Shown here one piece after another: positions 32,222 to 41,174 of a stretch of DNA of 64,000 bases. The DNA lies in assembly GCA_963813455.1 (NCBI GenBank), contig CAWEZF010000008.1:1874-65873 (forward strand), in the 5' to 3' direction. The position numbers and the translations under genes are program-made. The notes under the pieces were generated by a model that did not search any database, had not been told where the DNA came from, and saw only the letters and a program-made list of their open reading frames with translations. This stretch comes from an uncultured delta proteobacterium (GTDB taxonomy: Bacteria; Desulfobacterota; Syntrophia; Syntrophales; Smithellaceae). Every line of letters starts with the position of its first letter. Position 1 is the first letter of the stretch.

Positions 32222-33409
32222 TTATTTTCCTCCCCCGCCAACGAGATATTCTCCCATATCCAAGAGCCGCCCATCGGCCAATCTTGCCGCTGTCAGTTGC
32301 AGGCCTTCCCGTTTTTTATCCGGCAGATAAAGCGCGGGATGGCCGGTGACGTTGGCAAACGCTGTGTAAATAAAGTGCGCGTAGGTTTCGGCAAGTGTCG
32401 TGGGGTTTTCCGCGGCGGCAGTATTGATAGTGGGCAGAATTATAAAATCAGTTTGTTTTGTCAGCTTTGTCATTTGGGAGACCAAGCCGCGCGCGCAGGC
32501 GGCAGGCGTTTTCGTAGGCAGAATAACTTTCAAACTGAAAATACGCACCCTGAATTAAGTAGCTTTTTAAAAGTGTTCCGAAAGCCGCGCCGCGCGAGGA
32601 AAGATACATTTCGTTCCAGTTTTTCGCGCCCGGCTCGCGCTTTCCGTAGCGCACGGAATCGTAGCGCCCCGCGCACGATGAAGCCTCCACCGAGCCCACA
32701 ATTTGATGCACCGCGAGAAATTGGGAAAAATCAGGAAAGGCTAATTCCTTGATGACAAAACCGGATTTTTTTAATTCATTTAATTTCTGTTCAAAACTTT
32801 CGCGCTCTTTGGCCGGCATTTCCTTTAAAATATCTTTGATGACGCCCAGCGTAGTTTTGGCCGGATCAATTTTTGCAGGTTTTAGGTCCGGCGTTTTTTC
32901 ATCGGGAAGAGAAGAGTCGCGCTCATCGGGGCCCGCGATGGTCTGAAGAATATCACGGATATTTTTAATCTCTCCCGATAAAATACCGTATGCTTCCATA
33001 GAAGGAATCAAACCGGCCAGGCCGAAGCGCGAAACCAGCCCGTAGCTTGGTTTAAATCCGCAAACTCCCGCGCGCGCGGCAGCCAGACGCGCCTCACCCG
33101 CCAAATCCAAAACCAGCTCGGCATCCGCCGCGTTTTTTTGCAGCGCGGCATTCCGGCCATGCTGTCTTTGAGGCCGAAGCCGAATTCGCTCATGCGCGCG
33201 TAGCCGGCAAATTCAGCGCCTTCGCCTGCCATTTTATCCACAACAGCCGCGTTTTCCAGCGCGTGGAATCCGGCCAAAGCTTTTGAACCTGCTTCAGTCG
33301 GCCAGCCGGTAACGGAGATATTCGGCTGAAGCGCGATTTTCATTTTCTGCAAAGCGCCTTTGGAGGAAGCGGCTTTGCCGGTATTGCGGTAGAAAAAAAT
33401 TGAATCCAT
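32222..33409 (-). pseudogene. GatA-like amidase-fold subunit lacking the Ser-cisSer-Lys triad; two frame breaks
   Basis: Three overlapping ORFs (33008-33409, 32448-33110, 32222-32548) are collinear with GatA. The joined length is about 395 aa, versus about 485 aa for GatA. Catalytic motifs are replaced (see findings). Confidence 0.7.
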
Positions 33410-33423
33410 TTTACAGCTTCCCC

Positions 33424-35544
33424 CTATTCCAGAATATTGGCGACTTTAAAGTAATTGCCCTTAAGAGCGGGCGCGCTTTTTAGCAGTTGCCCTTTTTCGG
33501 CAAGCTCTGATTTTTTTGCCGTAAGCCCCGGGCGCGCGATACCCGCCGCGGTAACTACCGAACGGATTGGCTCATCATCAATGGAAAGATTATTAACTTC
33601 CGCGGCAAGCTTTTGCGCCTCACGCAAAGCTTCTTCCATAACCGTGCGCTCTTCCTTGGCGATGCCGATGCGCGATACCCACGAGACGCGATCGAGCAGA
33701 TTTTCTTTTTGCGCCTCGCCGGGCAAAACATCTTTGCCGCCCAGATTCAAAAGCCCCAGTTCGGCCAGCTGTTCTTTTTTGACACCCGCGGGCGCGCCGG
33801 TCAAAGGACAGCCGGCGGAGCGGTTTTTGGGGAAGGCGATAACTTCGCGGATGGATTGCGTGCGCAGAATCATCGAAACCGCGCGGTCCATGCCCAGCGC
33901 CAGGCCCCCGTGCGGCGGCGCGCCAAAGTCAAACGCGCGCAGGAAAAATCCGAATTTTTCTCTCATCTCTTCATCCGTCAAACCCAGCGCGGAAAAGATT
34001 TTGCGCTGCACTTCACGGTTGTTGATACGGATACTGCCGCCGCCTAATTCCTCGCCGTTGATTACCAGATCGTAGGCGCGCGAGCGCAGAGAAAGAAGCT
34101 CTTCCACATTTTTCGGATCGAAATCCACGCGCTCCGGCGCGGTAAAGGGATGATGGCTTGATGTCACGCCGCCTTCGTCCGTGGGTTCAAAAAGGGGAAA
34201 GTGCGTAACCCAGACCGGATAAAAATTATCTTCGCCAATCAGCCCCAGGCGATTCGCCAGATGCAGGCGCAACTGCCCCAGCGCCTGAAGTAACAATTGC
34301 GTAAGACGGGTCGGCAACCATGATCAGCACGTCGCCGTCTTGCACTTCAAAACGTTTCTTTAATTCATCGAGTTCCGCCGCGGAAAAAAACTGCACGATG
34401 TTGGATTCCAGCTTGCCGCCTTCGGCTCGCATCCAGGTCATGCCTTTGGCGCCGAAAGAAGGCGCGATTTCCTTGGCGTATTCATTCTGCAAAACGTTTT
34501 TGCTCAAACTCGCGGATTGCTGCTTAATGTTTATTCCCTTGATGCATCCGCCGCGCTGCAGAATCTGTTTAAAGATGGAATAATTGGTGTTGGCGAAAAC
34601 ATCCGTCACATCCACAAACCTGAGCCCAAAGCGCAGATCCGGCCTATCCGAGCCTGTTGAATCCATCGCCTCGGCATAAGTCACGCGCGGGAAAGGACGC
34701 GGCAATTCAATGCCCGCCACGGCAAACATTTTTACGGTAAGTTCTTCAATAAGTTCGTAGAGAAATTCCTCGTCGATGAATGAAGCTTCAATGTCGAGTT
34801 GGGTGAATTCCGGCTGACGGTTGGGGCGCAGATCTTCATCGCGGAAACAGCGCGCCAGCTGAAAATAACGCTCCAGGCCGCCGATCATCAAAAGCTGTTT
34901 GAAAAGCTGGGGCGATTGGGGCAGGGCGTAAAAATTTCCCGGGTGCACGCGGCTGGGCACCAGATAATCACGCGCGCCTTCGGGCGTGCTGGCGGTGAGC
35001 ATGGGAGTTTCCACCTCCACAAAACCGCGCGCGTCCAGAAATTGCCGCACGCATTGAAAAATTTTATGCCGAGCAATAGATTTTCCTGCATGGCCGGACG
35101 GCGGATATCCAGATAGCGGTATTGCAGGCGTAAATCTTCCGAGACATTTTCTACAGAAGCGTCTTCAGCGCCTGCCACCATGGCTTTGTCGGAAATCGGA
35201 AACGGCAGAGCATCTGATTCGCTAAGCACCGAAAGCTCGCGGACAAATACTTCCAGCGCGCCTGTTTCAATATTGGGGTTTTGAGTTCCCTCTATTCTTT
35301 TTTTAACCTCGCCCGTTACGGCAATGCAGTATTCCGTGCGCAGCGTTGTCGCCGTTTTGCAGATATTATCTGAAGAGGCCTCCGGGCTGAAAACAATCTG
35401 CACAATGCCGCTGCGATCGCGCAGGTGAATAAAAAGCAGGCCGCCGTGGTCGCGGTAGGCATCCACCCAGCCGCAAAGCTGCACGGTTTTGCCGGTATGC
35501 TGTAAAGACAAATCGCCGCAAAAAATACGCTCAGAAAAATTCAT
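33424..35544 (-). pseudogene. aspS: aspartyl-tRNA synthetase with C-terminal GatC-like domain; two frame breaks (or sequence errors)
   Basis: Three overlapping ORFs carry class IIb motifs (FYALPQSPQLFKQLLM, FRDEDLRPNRQPEFTQLD, GGLALGMDR). The last ~95 aa resemble GatC. Confidence 0.85.
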
Positions 35545-35741
35545 GAAGAAGCCCTTTCCGGTTGAAAATGAAGGAACAAATTTGTGCCGCGGATAGTATC
35601 AAAACTGTACCGATGTTTCAAGGATTCATAATCGCGGTGTAAAAAGATGAGAAAATTTATAGCGGTTGGAAATTAGGGGGGGGTAATTAATGTTCAGAAA
35701 GAACGAGTTATACCAGATTCGCCTTCCGAACATTTAGGATG

Positions 35742-35939
35742 CTATCCTGCCACGGCGTACTCAAGAGCGCGCGGATTTTCTATTCTTTTGGATGCTTCCA
35801 GAACCTCAAGTCCGACAAGATTGCCATCTTTATCATAGTCAATAATTACACCAGGTTTGTCTTCGTCGCTTTCCTCAACAGGATGATCGCTAAATAGAAT
35901 ACGAAGCACATCTACTTCAGGATCGTAAAATACTTTCAT
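35742..35939 (-). CDS. DUF2283 family protein (antitoxin-like partner of DUF4258)
   Basis: Start taken at ATG 35939 (MKVFYDPEVDVLRILFSD...DKDGNLVGLEVLEAS), the typical DUF2283 pattern. Confidence 0.7.
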   Translation of the reverse strand: MKVFYDPEVDVLRILFSDHPVEESDEDKPGVIIDYDKDGNLVGLEVLEASKRIENPRALEYAVAG

Positions 35940-35941
35940 TG

Positions 35942-36082
35942 TTATTTTCTCCAATATTTACTAATTTTACTTGTTCGGTACACCGTTATTACAACAGGAG
36001 GCTTTATTTTATCATCGACAATTGCCCTAAGCAAGAATATATTACCTTTGCCAAAATCAATTTCTGATTGGTAAACTTTCAA
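35942..36082 (-). CDS. short DUF4258-like ORF (possibly an N-terminally truncated toxin remnant)
   Basis: 46 codons from a TTG that follows GAGGAG. ...LLRAIVDDKIKPPVVITVYRTSKISKYWRK* resembles a DUF4258 C-terminal half. The stop lies 2 nt before the DUF2283 ATG. No in-frame ATG. Confidence 0.3.
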   Translation of the reverse strand: MKVYQSEIDFGKGNIFLLRAIVDDKIKPPVVITVYRTSKISKYWRK

Positions 36083-36119
36083 ATCTCCTCTAAATTAATT
36101 ATTAAAAATCGATACTAAA

Positions 36120-36462
36120 ATGAAGAGTCGGACAACAGCTCAAAACGCCAAAGGACAAATCATCTTATACAAAAACAAGCTGGAAGTGCGTTTGGAGGCA
36201 AATACTGTCTGGATTGATGCACATTCAATTGCCAAAATATTTGATGTTGACCGGACAGTAATCGTCAAACACATTGGAAATATTTATAAAACCGGCGAGC
36301 TATCCTCAAGAGCAACCTGTGCAAAAATTGCACAGGTTGCCGCTGTATGGTAAAAGATATCAAGTTGAATATTTCAGTTTAGATGTCATCATTTCTGTTG
36401 GCTATCGAGTAAATTCAATCCGCCATGCGCCGGAGTTTCTGCTCGGCAAAGCAATCTCATAA
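36120..36462 (+). pseudogene. RhuM-family gene remnant (frame-shifted and 3'-truncated)
   Basis: QIILYKNKLEVRLEANTVWIDAHSIAKIF...HIGNIYKTGEL, then in another frame GKRYQVEYFSLDVIISVGYRVNSIR. Family similarity stops where repeat copy b begins. Confidence 0.6.
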
Positions 36463-36531
36463 GCTATAAAAATATTCCACGGCATGCGCCGGGCAGGCTC
36501 GCCTGAGAGGCGTTTCGCAATGACAAACAGC
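36421..36531. repeat. dispersed intergenic repeat (copy b)
   Basis: ..GCAAAGCAATCTCAT...GGCATGCGCCGGGCAGGC...TTTCGCAATGACAAA. Confidence 0.45.
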
Positions 36532-36653
36532 TATTGTGCCGCCGCTTTACAAGCGGGAATCCAAAAAAAGCGCGCTTATTGATGAAAAACGATTCTATTG
36601 TCTTGAGTTAAAGTTATTCAGAATAAAATCTTTAAATGTCTTTTTTTGTTTTT

Positions 36654-37973
36654 TTATAAATAAGTATCAAGGTTGAAAATCTGATTTAATATCACGGCAA
36701 GAATTGTTGCTGTCGGCAATGGATCGGTGAAAAATGTCTGTATAATCTTTGGCGCCCGGGCATAGAGCGAAGGCAAAAAAGCGGTGCTTAAACCAAAAAA
36801 TAACGCAATGCCAACCACAAAGGTCTTGCGTTGATCCCACTTTTCGTCCAGCATTTGTATCAAGCCCGCGCAAATCATAAAACATCCGCTGAAAATGAGC
36901 GAAGCCCCGAGGACAGGCTTTGGTATGTTAGAAAGGGCATTGGTCAACATGGGGAAAAACGCGAGCACAATAAAAATCGCTCCCGCCACAACACTAATCC
37001 ATCTGCTCAGTACCTTGGTGGCGCCAGCCAGGCCAATATTGCTTGAAGACGTGTCCACTGCCATTGAGCCCAAAAACCCCGATATAGTGGTTGCCAGGCC
37101 GTCCGCCACAATGCCATTGCGGATAGGCACGAAATTAACCTCATTAAGTTCAGGCTCTGAGAGCTTCTGTGCCGCCAGAAGATTGCCGAATGTTTTCAAA
37201 GTACTGCCGATGGCGATAACAATTAAGGGAATCAGCAGACTAAACTGGAATGTTATGGGATGAAAAAGCGTATTAAAGTGAGGCATCGCGAAAAGCGGCT
37301 TGTCTTTAATCAAGAGAAGGTTTTGCCAATACTCCGGAATGAGTATCAAGGCCAAAATCCAACCCGAGAATATCCCGATAATCAGACAATAAATCTTAAC
37401 AAATCCTTTTCCCCATAAATTGCAGAAAACCATTATGAATAATGATACGGCGCCGATAAATATATCTATATTGCGTAAGGCATCACCTTGAAAAGTAAGG
37501 CCAAAAAAAGATGTTACTGAAATCTGAATAATGCTGATTCCGACCAGCATAACAACAAGCCCGACAATGTATATCGGGAATACATTTTTGAGCTTTTGAA
37601 TAACCGGCGCAAGAAGCATCTCGATTAAACCAGCCACAATAGTAATGCCGCGCATTAAAGGCAACCCGCCTATCCACGCCGCGGAAAGCGAAAGACTTAA
37701 ATATGAAGGACCGCAAAGATTCGGACATAAATAACCGGAACCCAAATAAGGCAACCGTAAAGCTTGTATAATTGAGCCAATGCCGGAGGCAAGCATGGAA
37801 AAGGTCACTAATGAAGCTGTAAATTCCGCCGTTTCGTTAAGCTGACCGGAAAAAATTATCGGTATGCCGATGGCAACAACCATTATCAAAACATGTTGAA
37901 ACGCCGATAACAGCAAATGCACTATTGGCGGCACTTCATTTACGGAATACTCATATTTATTATCTTTTGACAT
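36654..37973 (-). CDS. nucleobase:cation symporter-2 (xanthine/uracil permease) family transporter
   Basis: 439 aa polytopic protein with an NCS2-type pattern (SGIGSIIQAL...; AVDTSSSNIGLAGATKV). Confidence 0.75.
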   Translation of the reverse strand: MSKDNKYEYSVNEVPPIVHLLLSAFQHVLIMVVAIGIPIIFSGQLNETAEFTASLVTFSMLASGIGSIIQALRLPYLGSGYLCPNLCGPSYLSLSLSAAWIGGLPLMRGITIVAGLIEMLLAPVIQKLKNVFPIYIVGLVVMLVGISIIQISVTSFFGLTFQGDALRNIDIFIGAVSLFIMVFCNLWGKGFVKIYCLIIGIFSGWILALILIPEYWQNLLLIKDKPLFAMPHFNTLFHPITFQFSLLIPLIVIAIGSTLKTFGNLLAAQKLSEPELNEVNFVPIRNGIVADGLATTISGFLGSMAVDTSSSNIGLAGATKVLSRWISVVAGAIFIVLAFFPMLTNALSNIPKPVLGASLIFSGCFMICAGLIQMLDEKWDQRKTFVVGIALFFGLSTAFLPSLYARAPKIIQTFFTDPLPTATILAVILNQIFNLDTYL

Positions 37974-37986
37974 TGGGTGCTCTCAA

Positions 37987-38919
37987 TTATCCCGGTGGTT
38001 GAGGAAGATCCGTTATCGCGCCGACATAGATTTCCTGGCCGGCGATATATGTTTTGCGCAAGTACAAACTCTTTTTGACAAGTATCCGCTGATACCGGTT
38101 TTTCGCGAGAAATACCTCCCAGGTTGAATCCTTGCTTTCCAGTTCGTGTAACGCCTTTACAAATGGTTTATGGCCCATTTCATCGACACAATTCAGTAAT
38201 TTGAAATCAGTAAGATTGTCATTCATCACGGGAGAGATAAGCAGCTTGCCGTCCGGTGTAAAAGCAAAAACTTTCACATCCCGGAAATTGTAATGGGATG
38301 CAGGGTCTGCTATTTCGGAAAGCGCGGAGAAGCCTTTCTCTTTAATCAATTGAGCGGCATCATCGACGATAATTCTGATAAATTCCTTTTCTTCATGCGG
38401 ATAATTCAAGCCGCCGCCAACAAATAATATTTTCCCCTCAGGAGTTGTAACCTTGAAATGACAGGAGGATTTGGGAACAGGATAGAATTTACCCGGCTCC
38501 CACCAGGAATAATGCACCCAGGCGTGCGGATTATTTTTATCAGCCAGCGCCGCGCTTACCATCTGCACCGGTTTTTTACCGTTTTTATCCGTGAGATCCC
38601 AGAGATTTTTGCCCTCAAGTTCAGGCATGCCCGCGTGATAGATATTTACGCCGTTTATGTCGTAGATGTAAAGGTAGCGGTCAGGAGTGAAATTAATTTC
38701 GCGGTTGTTTCGAAAATACTCCAGACTTTTCAGACCGTCTTTCTTGAGCATCAGCGAAGCATCATAAACAAACTTAACAAGATCTTTTGTGTCGCGATAT
38801 TGATAGACGCTAAGGTCTAAATCTTTATATCTGCTTTCACAACCCGAAATAAATATAGACAAAAGCGCAAAAAATATCGAGAAAGCAACAACAGGAAATG
38901 TTCGGATTAATTTACTCAT
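37987..38919 (-). CDS. extracytoplasmic lipoprotein with tandem sCache_2-like domains
   Basis: 310 aa with lipobox LSIFISGC. YLYIYDINGVNIYHAGMPELEGKNLWDLTDKNGKK...WVHYSWW matches the Cache_2 pattern. No output domain. Confidence 0.6.
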   Translation of the reverse strand: MSKLIRTFPVVAFSIFFALLSIFISGCESRYKDLDLSVYQYRDTKDLVKFVYDASLMLKKDGLKSLEYFRNNREINFTPDRYLYIYDINGVNIYHAGMPELEGKNLWDLTDKNGKKPVQMVSAALADKNNPHAWVHYSWWEPGKFYPVPKSSCHFKVTTPEGKILFVGGGLNYPHEEKEFIRIIVDDAAQLIKEKGFSALSEIADPASHYNFRDVKVFAFTPDGKLLISPVMNDNLTDFKLLNCVDEMGHKPFVKALHELESKDSTWEVFLAKNRYQRILVKKSLYLRKTYIAGQEIYVGAITDLPQPPG

Positions 38920-39118
38920 AAATGATTTATCGTGAATTCAATCCCCGGTTGTCATAAATAAAGATTTGGCCACGTTTACCTCTTTATGTTGTTACAATAT
39001 AAAACAAGATTTTCTATATTACAAGAGTTTAGATATATTTTTCTTATAATTTCGTTGACATACAAAACCGCTTTCCCTATACTTTCGCGTATCATCATTC
39101 CAAAACCGGACGAAACAA

Positions 39119-39451
39119 ATGAAAGCTCCTCAGGAAATCCTTGATCTTGTAGCTCGCTTTGACCAAAACATTGATGCCTACCAGTCCGGCAAATACAACG
39201 AGGCACAAATACGCCGGGAATTTATTGATCCTTTCTTTAAGGCGCTGGGCTGGGATATTGAGAACATATCCGGCTACGCCGAAGCTTACAAAGACGTCAT
39301 TCATGAAGACGCGATAAAAATCGGCTCCGCCAATAAAGCCCCTGATTACAGCATCCGCATCGGCGGCACACGCAAATTCTTTATCGAAGCGAATGAAAAA
39401 CCGTCTCCAGAAAAGCTTAGGCAGATCCGTACAGATCAGAGAAACAGCTAA
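39119..39451 (+). pseudogene. N-terminal fragment (~95 aa) of a type IIG restriction-modification / PglX-like enzyme
   Basis: LVARFDQNIDAYQSGKYNEAQIRREFIDPFFKALGWDI...KAPDYSIRIGGTRKFFIEA is the PD-(D/E)xK N-terminus of such enzymes. Similarity is lost after about 39420. Confidence 0.6.
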
Positions 39452-40565
39452 CAACAAACTTAATGCTAATGACTACGATTTCCGTATCATTGATAGCCCA
39501 ACTGAATTGCACAATATTATCCGTGAGAAGAACAGAGAAAAGAATAAAGCTAGATTGGTTGCAGGTTACTGCTGGAAATGGATAAGCAAACGAAACCCCC
39601 AACTCGAGGATATTGTTATTGGCGATTACAAGGCTACATGGAATCTCGACACCGATGGGCAAGCTTGGCTTATTAAGCCTAATTCTGTAAGTGAGGTTGG
39701 TTGCATACATACCTGTCAGGGACTAGAATTAGATTATGTTGGTGTTATAGTTGGTCCTGATTTAATAGTTCGAAATGATAAAATCATTACACAACCGCAA
39801 GAACGTGCTAGCACTGATAGATCAATACACGGATGGAGAGCTCTTTTTCGAGAAAAACCAGGCGATACAATGAAGCGCCTCGATAGGATTATTAAAAACA
39901 CATATCGTACGCTCATGACACGTGGACAAAAAGGTTGTTATGTTTATTTTGTTGATGATGAAACGCGACAATATTTTGAAAAATGTATGGAGAAGCCGAT
40001 CGCTAAATCTTTAAAAGAAGAACATAAGCCCACTGTTGTTTTGCCATTCAGGCGCTTACCACCAGAGGAAGTAAGACCTTTCGGAAATTGCGTTCCTCTG
40101 TACGATCTTAAGGTAGCCGCCGGAACATTTAGAGATGAACAACAGGTTGCGGATGTATATGGCGGATTAAGTGAGCAATCTATTCAAGATAATGAATGGG
40201 TTCAACTTCCCGATGCCTTTAGACACCAGCGGGGCCTTTTTGTCGTGCAAGTTGTTGGTGAATCGATGAATCGCCGAATACCAAACGGTTCATGGTGTCT
40301 CTTTAGGCTAAAACCTACAGGTACCCGGCAAGGCAAGATCGTTCTTGCACAACATAGAGGTATTGCGGATGCTGACAACGGAGGAGAATTCACCGTTAAG
40401 AAATACGAAAGCAATAAAAGGCTTCTTTCAGATGGTACTTGGCGGCATACCTCAATTACTCTTCGACCTGATACTACAGCACTAGGATACGAACCACTTA
40501 CATTTACAGAAGAACAAGTAGATGATGTAACAGTAATTGCGGAATTAGTTGCTGTGCTGGGTTGA
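39393..40565 (+). pseudogene. 5'-truncated DUF2075 (helicase-like) C-terminal half fused to an S24 LexA-type peptidase domain
   Basis: ARLVAGYCWKWISK...VGCIHTCQGLELDYVGVIVGPDL...YRTLMTRGQKGCYVYF (DUF2075 C-terminal half). Then VPLYDLKVAAGTF...VVGESMNRRIPNGS...FTVKKY (S24 Ser/Lys). No P-loop half is present. Confidence 0.6.
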
Positions 40566-40612
40566 TTTAGGATGTAGATGCCGCCTAAGGCAACCAATTT
40601 TGCAACCGATAA

Positions 40613-40681
40613 GTAGTTGATAAACTGGTTTACGAGCTATATGATTTAACCCCCGAAGAAATCGCCATTGTGGAAGGGTAA
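40613..40681 (+). pseudogene. 22-codon C-terminal tail of a type IIG RM/methyltransferase gene
   Basis: VVDKLVYELYDLTPEEIAIVEG*, the characteristic C-terminus of these enzymes. A stop lies immediately upstream. Confidence 0.45.
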
Positions 40682-40792
40682 TAATGTGTCCGGCGTGTTT
40701 TGGGAAACACGCCCTACAAGCGGGGTAAATCAGGAGCAAATCTTTATTTTTGACAATTCGTTTAATCGAAAAAATGTGAAGATTCTATTTAA

Positions 40793-40920
40793 TAGATTGC
40801 CACGGCGGCATGTGCCGCCTCGCAACGACTGCCCGAGCATTCCCTGCATGCGCTGGGGTTCCCCGCCGGTCAAGCAGTTGGATTGCCTCATCACGCCACG
40901 GCGTGGATTCGCAATGATAG
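40793..40920. repeat. dispersed intergenic repeat (copy c, two tandem half-units)
   Basis: AGATTGCCACGGCGGCATGTGCCGCCTCGCAACGAC and GGATTGCCTCATCACGCCACGGCGTGGATTCGCAATGATA. Confidence 0.45.
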
Positions 40921-40989
40921 AGTGATATTGCGGTCAGGTAGTACATTTTTACCGCGACTTTATGTTTGACGTTCTATAATTTTATTATT

Positions 40990-41165
40990 CATTTAGCTTT
41001 TTTCCTGCTCATCACATCAAAAGTATCAAAGACGGTTGCCGGTGGTGTGTAGAGTTTTTCCTCAACTTTTTTCTCAAGTTTTAATGCCTCGCCGCTACAT
41101 GTGGTGACACAAAGGCCGCAGCCGATACAGCGTTCAGCGTGAAACTCAATCTTTTCATCCTTCAG
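40990..41165 (-). pseudogene. C-terminal remnant (~57 codons) of a paralogue of the 4Fe-4S gene at 47256-48314
   Basis: About 90% nucleotide identity by eye to 47256-47432. Encodes KDEKIEFHAERCIGCGLCVTTCSGEALKLEKKVEEKLYTPPATVFDTFDVMSRKKAK*. No start codon. Confidence 0.6.
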
Positions 41166-41174
41166 TCGCCAAAC

